Below, piece after piece: positions 37,254 through 47,807 of a stretch of 64,000 nucleotides of DNA. The notes below the pieces were generated by a model that saw only the letters and a list, made by a program, of their open reading frames with translations, was not told the origin of the DNA and searched no databases. This DNA is from an uncultured Nitrospiraceae bacterium (GTDB lineage: Bacteria; Nitrospirota; Thermodesulfovibrionia; Thermodesulfovibrionales; UBA6898), in the NCBI GenBank assembly GCA_963811165.1, contig CAWEQH010000004.1:704001-768000 (forward strand), written 5' to 3'. The position numbers and the translations under genes were made by a program. Positions within the stretch are counted from its first letter, which is position 1, and each line of letters opens with the position of its first letter.

Positions 37254-38297
37254 CTACAACTTGATACCCGGCCAGGTTTCAATCGGCTCCGTCGACCTTA
37301 CGACATGCATCCCGGCGTCTGCAAATCTCCGAAATGCCGCGTCGGCCAAATCCGTATAGTCCATAACGCCTGGAACAACAACGGGCGACGTGCAGTCTTC
37401 GAGGAGGTAGACTTTTTCTACCAGCTTCCTGTCCCGGGCCAGAATATCTTCGAGCAGGTCGGCGATGGTCCAGGCGACGCAGTGGCTCTTGGCCTGCCCG
37501 GCGATGACGACGGCATCGAATTCAAGGAGCTTCTTAAAGAACTTCTCGCTCTTTAGGCCGAGTTCCTCACCTTTTGGCCCTTCGCGCACCTCCGGCCCGA
37601 GTACGGAATAATGCTCGGTAAAGGGCCGGTCGCCCTTGACATGAAAGTCAGGCTGACTGTACCGCGCCACGCTTTGGAAAAAAATCGCCTCTTCAACGGA
37701 TGCAACCAGTGCATGCCCGATGCCGCCCAACATGCCGTGGTAAGGCCATATGGTGAGATCGTATTTTCCCCCCTGTCTGAGCTTCCTTGTGTAGTGTAAA
37801 AGGAGCTGCTGGCCCTGCTCCTGGTCGACCGGGAAAATGAAGCAAAGGTCAGGGTTGAATTTCCAGACACCCCTTGCCACGTCCTCCTCCGTTACCAGGG
37901 TAAACGGTGCGGGAGGTTCCCCTTTATCATCGACGAGAAAGATAGGATGGAATATCTGCATGGTGTTATGGGTGTCCATTGTGGGGCAGATCTGGGTTAT
38001 CGCGCCGAGGTTGCGGTAAATGAATTCGCACAGTCTCTTGTTGTCGTCGACCGCACCCGTGCCCGAGCGCCCGGCAACGTAGAGTTCGAAGCCGGGGATG
38101 CAAAAAGAATTTTGCACGTCGACCGCAACGAGACATATTTTGAACCCATCGTCGCAGGCGGGTCTTATCCGCCGCAGCCTCGCCCACTCTCTTGCCTCCC
38201 GGTCTCTTTCGAGATAGGGTACCCTCCACGTCTTATCGACATTGGCTTTATCGAAGTGGGGTGGGAGGGGCAGGGGGGAATACGCTTCCTTCGGCAT
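37254..38297 (-). CDS. isochorismatase/nicotinamidase-family hydrolase
   Basis: [34 protein letters not shown]. Confidence 0.88.
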   Translation of the reverse strand: MPKEAYSPLPLPPHFDKANVDKTWRVPYLERDREAREWARLRRIRPACDDGFKICLVAVDVQNSFCIPGFELYVAGRSGTGAVDDNKRLCEFIYRNLGAITQICPTMDTHNTMQIFHPIFLVDDKGEPPAPFTLVTEEDVARGVWKFNPDLCFIFPVDQEQGQQLLLHYTRKLRQGGKYDLTIWPYHGMLGGIGHALVASVEEAIFFQSVARYSQPDFHVKGDRPFTEHYSVLGPEVREGPKGEELGLKSEKFFKKLLEFDAVVIAGQAKSHCVAWTIADLLEDILARDRKLVEKVYLLEDCTSPVVVPGVMDYTDLADAAFRRFADAGMHVVRSTEPIETWPGIKL

Positions 38298-38345
38298 GAC
38301 GGTCTCCTTTTATCGGCCTTACTTACAGTATAGCCTTTTCCCCGA

Positions 38346-38834
38346 TTATTGCTTTTTGAATTTTTTTCTTAGGGCCGTCTCGACAGGGGCGGGCACAAGC
38401 TCCTTCACGGGTCCGCCCAGGGACACGATCTCTTTGACTATGGTGGCGGTAAGGTAAGAATACTCCAAACTCGGCATCATGAAGACCGTCTCGATGCGCG
38501 GGTTCATCTGTCTGTTCATGAGGGCCATCTGGAGTTCATACTCGAAGTCGGAGACTGCCCTCAGGCCCCTGATGATGATCATCCCTTTCTTGCTCTTTAC
38601 ATAGTCGACGAGCAGCCCGTCAAATGGCTCTATCATGACCCTCTTATTATTCTTCAGGGATTTCTTTATAAGAGTAACGCGCTCGGAAAGGCTGAACAGC
38701 GGTACCTTCTTGAGGCTGGGCGCTATGGCCACGATGACCTCGTCGAACGCCATGAGGCTTCTGTTGACGAGATCCAGGTGGCCGTTTGTAAAAGGGTCAA
38801 AAGTCCCGGGATAGATTGCGATCCTCTTATTCAT
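38346..38834 (-). CDS. coaD: phosphopantetheine adenylyltransferase
   Basis: YPGTFDPFTNGH, RGLRAVSDFEYELQMA. Confidence 0.97.
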   Translation of the reverse strand: MNKRIAIYPGTFDPFTNGHLDLVNRSLMAFDEVIVAIAPSLKKVPLFSLSERVTLIKKSLKNNKRVMIEPFDGLLVDYVKSKKGMIIIRGLRAVSDFEYELQMALMNRQMNPRIETVFMMPSLEYSYLTATIVKEIVSLGGPVKELVPAPVETALRKKFKKQ

Positions 38835-39403
38835 GGTTCCTTCCTGTAAAGGGTCAACATAGTGTCTCCGTATTTATAGTTTTTGACGGGCCTTAAGGCC
38901 TTGCATGGTACGGTCATGATTTTTTTCGAGGGGTGCTCGACGACCAGACAGCCGCCGGGTTTCAATATGTCTGCATCGTCGATGAGCGGGAGGACCTTTT
39001 CCAGTTCATCCGACCTGTAGGGAGGGTCCGCAAATATAATATCGAAGGCCATCTCGGTGACCTGCGTTTTTTTGAGGAAACGGTCGGCGGCCTCGCTGAA
39101 AACCTCCGCCATCGCCTCGAGCCCCATTTTGCTTATATATTGGGATATCTCTTTCGTGGCCGCCCGGTCGTGCTCGACAAAACATACCCTCGATACGCCG
39201 CGTGACAGCGCCTCGAACCCGACAGTCCCTGTCCCGGCATAAAGGTCGAGAAACGAAGAACCCCGGATGTCGTTTCGCAGGATATCAAATAGCGCCTCCC
39301 GCACTTTCGAAGACGTCGGCCTCAAGTCGTCCTTCTCACTTTTGCCCGGCGCCTTCTTGACCTCGATCTTTCTGCCCTTCAATTGTCCGGCTGAAATTCT
39401 CAA
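38831..39403 (-). CDS. rsmD: 16S rRNA (guanine966-N2) methyltransferase
   Basis: LRPTSSKVREALF, LDLYAGTG, ALSRG, DPPY; adjacent to coaD. Confidence 0.95.
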   Translation of the reverse strand: MRISAGQLKGRKIEVKKAPGKSEKDDLRPTSSKVREALFDILRNDIRGSSFLDLYAGTGTVGFEALSRGVSRVCFVEHDRAATKEISQYISKMGLEAMAEVFSEAADRFLKKTQVTEMAFDIIFADPPYRSDELEKVLPLIDDADILKPGGCLVVEHPSKKIMTVPCKALRPVKNYKYGDTMLTLYRKEP

Positions 39404-39522
39404 TATGGCTCCTTTTAAAGCGATCAGCGTTCGGCCATCAGCCAGAAAAAATGCGCAACTCCCTGCGGCCGCTGTGTCAATATATTACTACAGCACAGAT
39501 GAGGCTGCAAGGACAAAGGCAA

Positions 39523-39875
39523 CAGAAGTTCCCCCAATTTTTTTGTCTGTCATTTCCGTTTCTACGAGTCGTAGACCTGCACGGAAAATAATTCTTCTCA
39601 AATGATCAAGTTTCAGTACAAATCGGCCCACTCGATTTTCTGCCATTCTTCGGGACCTTTGACTGTCATGCCGGACCTGATCCGGCATCCAGCGACTGAT
39701 AGGACAACGTCACTGGATACCGGCTTTCGCCGGTATGACGGCTATCATTACATTTTCCATGCACAAAGTTCCCCCAATTTTTCAAAAACCAACTTCGACC
39801 ACTTTATCAATTCAGTTTCTCTTTATCCATTAAAGATTTGTCCCTGACAAATCTCTATTTCTGGGGGAACTCCTG
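39523..39875. mobile_element. MITE-like element with internal REP-like doublet, copy 2 (complete)
   Basis: TIRs CAGAAGTTCCCCCA / TGGGGGAACTCCTG; CAA directly repeated on both flanks (39520-22, 39876-78); internal third IR ~39764-39777. Confidence 0.8.
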
Positions 39876-39895
39876 CAAAGACAAAAGGAAAAGAC

Positions 39896-40216
39896 TTATT
39901 GTTTCGGTTTGAGAGTGACTGTTCCCGTGGCGGGATCGTAGTCATATTTTGTGAGGTCAATTGGGCCGCCGATCAGATTTTCAATATCCTGCAAGCTCTT
40001 AGGAAAGCCTTCGTTTGCCGCCCGGTAGGCGCTTATCGCCTTCTTTATTGCATCGAGGTTTGCCTGTTCCGCCGCGTTTTGGGCGCCTTGATAGGACTTG
40101 ATAAGGCTGTCTCCGTATTGAGAGACGGGATTTTCCGGCTTCTCCTTGCACGCGGACAAGAAAAGGATACAAAGACTGCAGCAGGAAAGCACCAGTACTG
40201 TTACTGTTTTCGACAT
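39896..40216 (-). CDS. putative lipoprotein
   Basis: Lipobox LSAC; C-terminal FPKSL..L....YDYDPATG. Confidence 0.75.
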   Translation of the reverse strand: MSKTVTVLVLSCCSLCILFLSACKEKPENPVSQYGDSLIKSYQGAQNAAEQANLDAIKKAISAYRAANEGFPKSLQDIENLIGGPIDLTKYDYDPATGTVTLKPKQ

Positions 40217-40294
40217 CTCCTTAGTCTATGCAATAGGCCGATCCCTGTCAAATATCCGCGCCTCTTTTGTCAGGTTTAGGGTAAAATAGGGACT

Positions 40295-42298
40295 ATGAAA
40301 TTGTTCAGGAAAACGGAGGAGCCTCAGCCGCCCGATCCGATTATCGAGGAGCTGAAAAATAAGCTTTCCGCCGCGGTCCTTCCGCCTCGTGCCGAAGAGG
40401 TCGCCCTTAAGGAACTGGAAATGCTCGGGAGGACCAACCCCTCGACCTCAGAATATACGATAGGGCTCGCCTATATTCAATATCTCGTCTCACTCCCCTG
40501 GAGTATAAGGACGGAGGACAACCTCGACATAAAGAGGGCCGAGAGAATACTTGATGAAGACCACTACGGGCTGCATCCTATAAAAGAGCGGATACTTGAG
40601 CACCTCGCGGTCAAGACGCTCAGGATGAACCGAAGGCCGCAGCTGCTGGTCGTCGACGACGAGGAGGTGGCCAGAAGAAACCTTGCGCATATTCTTTCAA
40701 AAGAGAACTATACGGTCGATACCGCCGCTAATGGAGTCGAGGCGCTGGCGAGGCTCAGGGAGTCTTCATACGACGTGATCCTTACGGACTACAAGATGGA
40801 AAAGATCGGCGGGATGGAGATACTCGAAAAGACGAAGTCGATGGCCCCCCAGACTGAGGTCATCATGATCACCGGCTATGCCGCCATAGACACTGCCGTT
40901 GAGGCGATGAAGAAGGGCGCGTTCCATTATTTGGTCAAGCCCTTTAAACTCGATGAAGTCAGGGAGGCGGTAAAACAGGCGCTCGCAAAGACGGACCCGC
41001 AGAAGGAGATGAAGGGGTCGGTCCTTTGTTTTGCAGGCCCGCCGGGCACCGGCAAGACTTCTATGGGGATGTCGATCGCGCGCGCCCTGGGGAGAAAATT
41101 CGGCGGGATATCCCTTGGCGGAATAAAGGACGAGGCCGAGATCAGGGGACATAGGCGGACGTATGCCGGCGCTATGTCCGGAAGGCTCATCGAGGAGATA
41201 CGAAGGTCCGGCACATGTAACCCCGTCCTCATCCTGGATGAGCTGGACAAGATCGGTTACGACTTCAAGGGCGATCCTGGTTCGGCGCTGCTTGAGGCGC
41301 TCGATCCGGGCCAGAACTGCCAGTTCATGGACCACTACCTCGACACGCCTTTTGACCTTTCACGGGTGATGTTCATCATCACGGCAAACGTGGCCGATAA
41401 CATTATGGACCCCCTCAGGGACAGGATGGAGGTCATAGAGTTTTCAGGGTATACGGAAGAGGAAAAGGTGAGGATCGCCTCGGAGTTCCTTGTCCCCAGG
41501 CAGATACGGGAGACGGGCATCTCTGTGTATCCGCCCGAGTTCTCCAATGAGGGCCTCTTCAGGATCGTCCAGGAATACACCCACGAGGCGGGCATACGGG
41601 ACCTTGAAAGGCATATCGCCTCGATCTGCCGAAAGATCGCGAGAGATTTTGTTCAGCATGGGGTGGGTGCCCAGTGTATCACCGTAGACAGGGACCTGGT
41701 CGAGGGGTTCCTCGGGCCGAGGAAATACTATTTCGAGACGGCCGAGGAAACGGACAGGGTCGGTGTTACCACGGGGCTTGTCTGGACCGAGGTGGGCGGG
41801 GAGATTATTTTTGTCGAGGCCCTGAAGATGAAGGGGAAACAGGAATTGATCCTCACCGGTTCACTGGGTGGAGTAATGAAGGAATCTGCCCAGGCTGCGC
41901 TGAGCTACGTAAGGAGCAATGCGGGCAGGTTTGGTATCGATGAGGATTTTTTTGAAAATCACGATGTGCATATCCACGTGCCCGCCGGTGCGATACCGAA
42001 GGACGGGCCTTCCGCGGGGGTAACGATCGCATTGGCACTGATTTCTCTTCTTACGGGAAGGCCCGCAAAGAGGTCTGCGGCCATAACCGGAGAACTTACC
42101 TTAAGCGGCAGGATACTCCCCGTCGGGGGAATAAAGGAAAAAATATTGGCGGCGCGAAGGGCAAGGCTTAAGACCGTGATTTTGCCTTCCAAAAATAAGG
42201 TCGAGATAGACATCCTTCCGGAAGAGGTGAAGGGAAAACTCGAGATCGTCTTTGCCGAGACGGTGGAAGACGTGGTCGGTTCGGTATTGATGAAATAA
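40295..42298 (+). CDS. lon: Lon (S16) protease lacking the N-domain, with a receiver domain inserted in the AAA+ module
   Basis: [15 protein letters not shown] - REC (VVDDE, D, MITG, KP) - [34 protein letters not shown]. Confidence 0.92.
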   Translation: MKLFRKTEEPQPPDPIIEELKNKLSAAVLPPRAEEVALKELEMLGRTNPSTSEYTIGLAYIQYLVSLPWSIRTEDNLDIKRAERILDEDHYGLHPIKERILEHLAVKTLRMNRRPQLLVVDDEEVARRNLAHILSKENYTVDTAANGVEALARLRESSYDVILTDYKMEKIGGMEILEKTKSMAPQTEVIMITGYAAIDTAVEAMKKGAFHYLVKPFKLDEVREAVKQALAKTDPQKEMKGSVLCFAGPPGTGKTSMGMSIARALGRKFGGISLGGIKDEAEIRGHRRTYAGAMSGRLIEEIRRSGTCNPVLILDELDKIGYDFKGDPGSALLEALDPGQNCQFMDHYLDTPFDLSRVMFIITANVADNIMDPLRDRMEVIEFSGYTEEEKVRIASEFLVPRQIRETGISVYPPEFSNEGLFRIVQEYTHEAGIRDLERHIASICRKIARDFVQHGVGAQCITVDRDLVEGFLGPRKYYFETAEETDRVGVTTGLVWTEVGGEIIFVEALKMKGKQELILTGSLGGVMKESAQAALSYVRSNAGRFGIDEDFFENHDVHIHVPAGAIPKDGPSAGVTIALALISLLTGRPAKRSAAITGELTLSGRILPVGGIKEKILAARRARLKTVILPSKNKVEIDILPEEVKGKLEIVFAETVEDVVGSVLMK

Positions 42299-42615
42299 AA
42301 AAGACAGCTCAAACGGTCCTGCTTTTGCGTCGGAGCCGTGTAAGCTGCCTTTTAAGTCTTACTGCCTCGGGGGTGAAGATATTCTCATGGTCTTGTCGGG
42401 CCTTCTCCCGGAACTCATCCTGTCCCTTAAGGAGCCGTTTTATTCCCATCCTTAAGATGTAGACTAACAGTATTTCGATAGAAGACATGACCCGTTGACT
42501 GCTTTTGGGAACTATGGCATAATCTCGATAATTTTGGATTCACGGTATTTGGCTCTATCAGGTTGGACGGTTATCTTTGGTGAAGGATGCGTTAAGTCAA
42601 TCAGGAAGGGGGGGA

Positions 42616-43476
42616 ATGATGAGAAGAGGAATAATAAGTCTGATGGCCATGGTAGTGCTGACTGTCGGGTTTTCCTTGTTTGCACTTTGTTCCGGCGCGG
42701 CTGCTCAGACAGACTCCCCTGCACAAAAAAGTTGTGCGGAGTGTCATGCCGCCCAAGCGGATGAGATAAAAGCTGACGGAGGGAAGCATAGGGCCGTTCC
42801 ATGCGTGGGCTGCCATCTGGGGCACCCGCCCACAGCCAGGAAGGCGCTCCAGTCGTGCAACCGATGCCATCTGATAAAGAAGAAGGCCCACTTTGAACTC
42901 GGAAACTGCCGCGGTTGCCACAGGAACCCGCATACTCCTCTGAACATTTCTTTTTCCGATATAAAAGGTAATTGCATTTCCTGTCATTCAGCCCAGGTTG
43001 CCATGCTCAGAGAAAATAAAAGCAAACATAGCGCTATTGAGTGTTCCACCTGCCATAACGTCCACCGGAAGGTTCCCGAGTGCACCCGGTGCCACAAACC
43101 TCACGCAGCGGATATGGTAGTGGCCGAATGCCGGGAATGCCACAAGGCGCACATGCCGGTGCCGGTGACCTATGCCGCCACTATCCCGTCAAAGGACTGC
43201 GGCGGGTGCCACCGGGGGGCCCTAGTTGTGCTCGGCGCCAGCGAGACCAAGCACAGGCCCCTGGCATGTGCATTCTGCCATCAGAATAAGCACAGGATGG
43301 TGCCGAAGTGCCAGGGCTGCCATGGTTCGCCGCATCCGGAGGGCATGATGGCAAGATTCCCGAAATGCGGCAGCTGCCATAACATCGCGCATGATCTGAA
43401 TAACTGGACTGCGCCGCCGCAGCAAAAAGAATTGCCAAAGACGGCGCTTAATGAATCAACGAAGAAAAAGAAATAG
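42616..43476 (+). CDS. dodecaheme c-type cytochrome (three tetraheme repeats)
   Basis: Signal peptide; 12 CxxCH motifs with interspersed distal His. Confidence 0.92.
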   Translation: MMRRGIISLMAMVVLTVGFSLFALCSGAAAQTDSPAQKSCAECHAAQADEIKADGGKHRAVPCVGCHLGHPPTARKALQSCNRCHLIKKKAHFELGNCRGCHRNPHTPLNISFSDIKGNCISCHSAQVAMLRENKSKHSAIECSTCHNVHRKVPECTRCHKPHAADMVVAECRECHKAHMPVPVTYAATIPSKDCGGCHRGALVVLGASETKHRPLACAFCHQNKHRMVPKCQGCHGSPHPEGMMARFPKCGSCHNIAHDLNNWTAPPQQKELPKTALNESTKKKK

Positions 43477-43489
43477 TATCCCGTTTCAG

Positions 43490-43535
43490 GACAGCGGGGG
43501 CCCGTGAAATTTTACGGGCTCCCGCTGTCTTTTTT
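43490..43535 (+). terminator. rho-independent terminator
   Basis: GACAGCGGGGGCCCGTGAAA/TTTACGGGCTCCCGCTGTC + T6. Confidence 0.85.
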
Positions 43536-43593
43536 AAACACGGGAGGGAGCGAGGGCATAGAAACAGAAATCTGTTTTCATTTATAATGGACT

Positions 43594-44193
43594 ATGTTCA
43601 CGGGAGAAGACAAAGCATGGGAACTTGTTAAAGACCTTGACCCGGCCGATGTTTGCCGGAACGCACGTGCCGCATTTAATCACCATTCAGGGTCCTATAT
43701 TCTAAAGTCATTCGGCATGGATATTAATGTGGAGCCCCAGAATAAAGGATTACACTGCGATGGGCCGAACGGGACGCTTCTTCTTGAAAAAATCGGATAT
43801 TTCTCAAAGGTGTCCATCCTCTGGTATCTTGTGGGGGCAAGGGACATTTTACCCTCGGGGAACCTGATAAAACCGGAGAACCTAAAAGGCGGCCTTATTT
43901 TTTTCAGGGGGACCCACGTCCTTCCCTTAGACAGGCTTGCATCGAGATACCAGGATTGCAAAGAGCGGTTTTTAAGCCGGGCAGAGGAGCTTGGCGGGGA
44001 TAGATTGGATTACGGCGACGCCTCTGTCCGTCTTTTCCCCTTTCCGAGGGTGCCGGTCGTGATTATCCTCAGGAGGGGAGATGATGAATTCCCTCCGGCT
44101 GCGGACCTTCTCTTTGACAGCACGTGCCAGCTGCATCTTGCCCTCGACGTGCTTTGGGCAGTGGCGATGCAGAGCATACTGATAATGATGTAA
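43594..44193 (+). CDS. DUF3786-like protein
   Basis: ILWYL, GG..FF.G.H, FPFPRVPV...GDDEFP....LFD. Confidence 0.8.
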   Translation: MFTGEDKAWELVKDLDPADVCRNARAAFNHHSGSYILKSFGMDINVEPQNKGLHCDGPNGTLLLEKIGYFSKVSILWYLVGARDILPSGNLIKPENLKGGLIFFRGTHVLPLDRLASRYQDCKERFLSRAEELGGDRLDYGDASVRLFPFPRVPVVIILRRGDDEFPPAADLLFDSTCQLHLALDVLWAVAMQSILIMM

Positions 44194-44285
44194 GGCGATC
44201 AGTGGAAGTAAGAAGTAGCGGCGATTCATGAATTGCCATCACTAAGCGGTGAAAGAACCCGCTTAGTATTTTTCCCTTTTTGCCT

Positions 44286-44903
44286 TCACTTGATAAGCGA
44301 TCTGATAAAGTGAAGGTAATTGGCGTCTTTAGCGGTCAGCTCCACACCCATACCGTTTTTATGCTCTTTCATCGGGACGCCCATAACCTTGCCTAATGAG
44401 GCCTTCATCGCCCTTCTTACTTTTCCCTGAAGAGACGACATGCTCCCGTCCGGAAGATGGACCATGATATCGATGACGGTATCGGCCGTAAAGGGATAGT
44501 TTGTCCTTATGAAAAGCCCGTTTATCGAAAAATCGCTGGCTATTCCCCTGTTGGTGACACCCGATGCGGTAAATTCAGCCTCGCACCGTCTCATGAACCT
44601 TCTGAAACGCCTCTTGTTCCGTGAATCTCCGGATGGCTGGACCTCTTCTTTTTTTTGGTGCCTGCCAGCAGAAGATTTCTTTTCAATACCCTGCCATGTT
44701 TCCATCTCCTGTGCGAGTATTAGCAGGTCATCCCTCGAAAGTCTTAGGACTGCCGAAAGACGGTCGGACGACCGGAAGTAAACAGCATGCTCTTTTTTAG
44801 AGAAAAAGACCTCCCATGGTCCGATTTCATCCACCTTTAAGGCATGATCGGGGACACCGGGGTGGGCATTATCTTTTTCTTCTTTTCCCATTAGTAACGG
44901 CAA
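44286..44903 (-). CDS. PilZ-domain protein
   Basis: RRFRR (RxxxR) and DFSINGLFI (DxSxxG), GMGVEL. Confidence 0.85.
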   Translation of the reverse strand: MPLLMGKEEKDNAHPGVPDHALKVDEIGPWEVFFSKKEHAVYFRSSDRLSAVLRLSRDDLLILAQEMETWQGIEKKSSAGRHQKKEEVQPSGDSRNKRRFRRFMRRCEAEFTASGVTNRGIASDFSINGLFIRTNYPFTADTVIDIMVHLPDGSMSSLQGKVRRAMKASLGKVMGVPMKEHKNGMGVELTAKDANYLHFIRSLIK

Positions 44904-44917
44904 CTCCTTTCAATTAT

Positions 44918-45232
44918 TTATTTCAGAAAAGAACAACAGTAGTCGATAACTTCACTGACCTTTAAATTGAATTTCGAGTCTGCCGGGACCTCGAATGATT
45001 CGCCTCCCTTGACCGTTTTCCATGCTGTCTGGCCTTTGATGAGCACCTCAAGGTCACCCGACATGATTTCCATGAGCTCTTTGTCGCCGGTATTGAACTC
45101 ATACTCACCGGGCAACATGACGCCTAGAGTCTTTTTTGAGCCGTCTTCGAAAAGGATCGTCCGGCTCGTCACCTTTCCCCCGAAATAGATATTAGCCTTC
45201 CTGACAACTGTTACGCATTTGAATTCAGCCAT
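44918..45232 (-). CDS. ppnP: pyrimidine/purine nucleoside phosphorylase (DUF1255)
   Basis: [31 protein letters not shown]. Confidence 0.9.
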   Translation of the reverse strand: MAEFKCVTVVRKANIYFGGKVTSRTILFEDGSKKTLGVMLPGEYEFNTGDKELMEIMSGDLEVLIKGQTAWKTVKGGESFEVPADSKFNLKVSEVIDYCCSFLK

Positions 45233-45282
45233 CGCCCACCTCTTAAATCTTAATTACAAAAAAGAACTAAATAGGCAGTCAT

Positions 45283-46572
45283 CTAGGGTCTTTTTACCGT
45301 CGTTCGCTTCCTGCCGGTGCTCTCATGACGTCTGCCTCCCTGGCCTTTGCTTTGCCCTCTGCTGTGAAGAGGCCCCCCTGTTCGGTCTTTCCGTCGCTGT
45401 GGAGCCGGTTTTTTATAGTCCGCAGCGATGAAGCTGTCTTCGACAGGTTTGACCGGGATCTTCTGCTTGATGTATTCCTCGATTGCTTCAAGCGCATAGA
45501 CATAATCCTCGCACGCAAAACTTATCGCCTTGCCGGCCGCGCCTGCCCTGGCTGTACGTCCTATCCTGTGCACATAGTCCTCGCTGTCCTGGGGGAGGTC
45601 GTAGTTGATGACGTGTGTGACGCCTTCGATATGAAGGCCACGGCTTGCAACATCGGTTGCCACGAGGATCGGCAGCTTACCTTCTTTGAACCGGGTGAGG
45701 ATCTTCATCCTCTTCAGCTGGGGAAGGTCTCCGGTGATCGTGGCCGCAGCGATGTCGTTTGCCTTGAAAAGGGCGTCGAGCTTTTCGGCGGTCGACTTCA
45801 TATTGACAAAGACAAGAATACGGCTATTCTGTTCCCTCCTGAGGATACCCAGCAGGAGACCGGGTTTTTCTTCCTTGCCGACATGGTAAAGCTCCTGAGT
45901 GATGAGTTTAACCGTTACCTGCTCGGGTGAGATCTCGATCCTTTCAGGCAGGTTCATATGCTCGTAGCATAGTTCCATTACCCTCGTAGAGAGCGTGGCC
46001 GAAAAGAGCATTGATTGCCGCTTGTCGTAGGGCGACATCCTCCTCAGAAGGAAGCGGAGGTCACTGATAAACCCCATATCGAACATGCGGTCTGCCTCGT
46101 CAATGACAAGGAATTCAGTCTTTTTGAGACTATAGATCCGCTGTTTGAGGTAATCGATCAGCCTGCCGGGCGTCCCTACTATAATGTCGACCTCTTCGCC
46201 CAGTGACTCCATTTGCTTCCGGTAATCCATGCCGCCGAAGATAGGTGCGATCGAGAAGTTCGTGAACTGTCCCAGTATCCGGGCCTCGGCATCGATCTGG
46301 GCCACAAGTTCTCTGGTTGGGGCCACAATGAGGGCGCGTGGCGACGGCCCGCGTCCGGGCCCCGGCTTTGCAAGCATGCGGGAGAAAAGGGTGATAAGGA
46401 AGACAGCGGTCTTACCGGTGCCGGTCTGGGCCTGGACAGCGACGTCTTTGCCGGTGAGTGCCACTGGCAGTGCAGCGGCCTGTACAGGGGTGCAGCGTGT
46501 GAAGTTTGCTGCCCTGATGCCCTTTAAGACCTTATCGGGGATATCCAGTTCTTCAAATAGCATATCGGTCAT
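45283..46572 (-). CDS. DEAD-box RNA helicase (RhlB-like)
   Basis: AQTGTGKT, PTREL, TPGRL, DEAD, SAT, HRIGRTARAG. Confidence 0.95.
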   Translation of the reverse strand: MTDMLFEELDIPDKVLKGIRAANFTRCTPVQAAALPVALTGKDVAVQAQTGTGKTAVFLITLFSRMLAKPGPGRGPSPRALIVAPTRELVAQIDAEARILGQFTNFSIAPIFGGMDYRKQMESLGEEVDIIVGTPGRLIDYLKQRIYSLKKTEFLVIDEADRMFDMGFISDLRFLLRRMSPYDKRQSMLFSATLSTRVMELCYEHMNLPERIEISPEQVTVKLITQELYHVGKEEKPGLLLGILRREQNSRILVFVNMKSTAEKLDALFKANDIAAATITGDLPQLKRMKILTRFKEGKLPILVATDVASRGLHIEGVTHVINYDLPQDSEDYVHRIGRTARAGAAGKAISFACEDYVYALEAIEEYIKQKIPVKPVEDSFIAADYKKPAPQRRKDRTGGPLHSRGQSKGQGGRRHESTGRKRTTVKRP

Positions 46573-46755
46573 TATACCCCATTTGGAAACCCTAAAGCTC
46601 TATGAATCAGCTTTTGCTATTATAATCCGGATCGAAAAAAAATTGAATAATACCGCTCGGTTCATATGGGATGAACCTATACGTCCGGACCGGGCCCTGA
46701 TATTAAAGGACCTCCCTGAATAATCCGATAAAGAAGCAGAAAGAAGAGACGCCGA

Positions 46756-46926
46756 ATGTTTTATACCGACACAAACGGGCATATGCCGGAAAAGTACAGC
46801 ACGGCATTGGTGATCCTAGAGATACTGATGGAATCAGTCCCCCTGGATGAAATAGACTTTGAGGTATTTAATGCGATCGCTAAAGATATAAACCAATGTG
46901 GCGAAGGATTGCTGAAGGAGGAATAA
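46756..46926 (+). CDS. small hypothetical protein (56 aa, below ORF-track cutoff)
   Basis: ATG..TAA ORF MFYTDTNGHMPEKYSTALVILEILMESVPLDEIDF...; fills the intergenic gap. Confidence 0.4.
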   Translation: MFYTDTNGHMPEKYSTALVILEILMESVPLDEIDFEVFNAIAKDINQCGEGLLKEE

Positions 46927-46950
46927 AGGGAGCGGTCGCCTTCGTCCCTT

Positions 46951-47805
46951 TTATCCTTTTACCACTAATACCGGACAGGGGGCATACCCAATGACCTTTT
47001 CGGTAACGCTCCCCATGAGAAGCCTCTTCAGCCCTGTTCTTCCGTGGCTCCCCATGATGATAACATCGATGTTTTCTTTACGTGAGAGTTTCGTTATGAC
47101 TTCGAAGGCTTCGCCCTCTCCCACAAATGTCGAGGTCGCGACGTCCTTCGTTTCCGCCTTATTCTTGGCGGCCGCTACGAAGCCCTTTGCACTTACGATG
47201 AGTTTGTCTACCGCGGCGGGGGCCTCTGCGTAAAATTCGGAGGGCACGTCCACTACCGACACCGCAATAAGGGATCCGCCATAGGACTTTGCAAAATCTA
47301 TTGCCCTGTCGGCAGCCAGTTCGCTATCGCGCGAGCCGTCAGTGGCGACCAATATTTTTTTCCATCCTATGGCCGTTCCTTCGGGAACCACGAGCACGTC
47401 CCGCTGACTGTGGCCGATAACGCGGGCGGTAACATTGCCGATGAGCGACTTTTCCGTTGTGGACGTCCCGCGTCTTCCCATAATTACGACCCCGCAGTTT
47501 TCAGCCTCGGCAAGGTCGACGAGTCTATCGTAAATCTCCCCTTCTTCCAGGACAGTCTTTATGAGTGCGCCTTCCCTTTTTGCCAAGGCATTGGCCCTGG
47601 AGAGTATCTCCTCCCCAGGGCGTCTCAATGCGTTATGAATATCGCCTACGGCTATAAGGTTGATGTCGCCGTCGTAAGTCGGGACTACCGTCGCCACGGT
47701 TATCCATGATTTTTCTTCAGTGGCCAGTCTGAACGACTGAAGAAGAGCGTTCGTACCCGATGAAGAGCCGTCGTAGGCAACGAGTATCTTTTTGTATCTC
47801 CCCAT
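46951..47805 (-). CDS. tandem universal stress protein
   Basis: Two USP domains (ILVAYDGS / ILVATDGS; MGSHGRTG..MGSV). Confidence 0.93.
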   Translation of the reverse strand: MGRYKKILVAYDGSSSGTNALLQSFRLATEEKSWITVATVVPTYDGDINLIAVGDIHNALRRPGEEILSRANALAKREGALIKTVLEEGEIYDRLVDLAEAENCGVVIMGRRGTSTTEKSLIGNVTARVIGHSQRDVLVVPEGTAIGWKKILVATDGSRDSELAADRAIDFAKSYGGSLIAVSVVDVPSEFYAEAPAAVDKLIVSAKGFVAAAKNKAETKDVATSTFVGEGEAFEVITKLSRKENIDVIIMGSHGRTGLKRLLMGSVTEKVIGYAPCPVLVVKG

Positions 47806-47807
47806 GC

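Noticed and set aside
36909..37359. ORFs of 101 aa and 95 aa over the structured repeats
   Set aside because: No RBS or motifs, and the frames are not preserved between repeat copies
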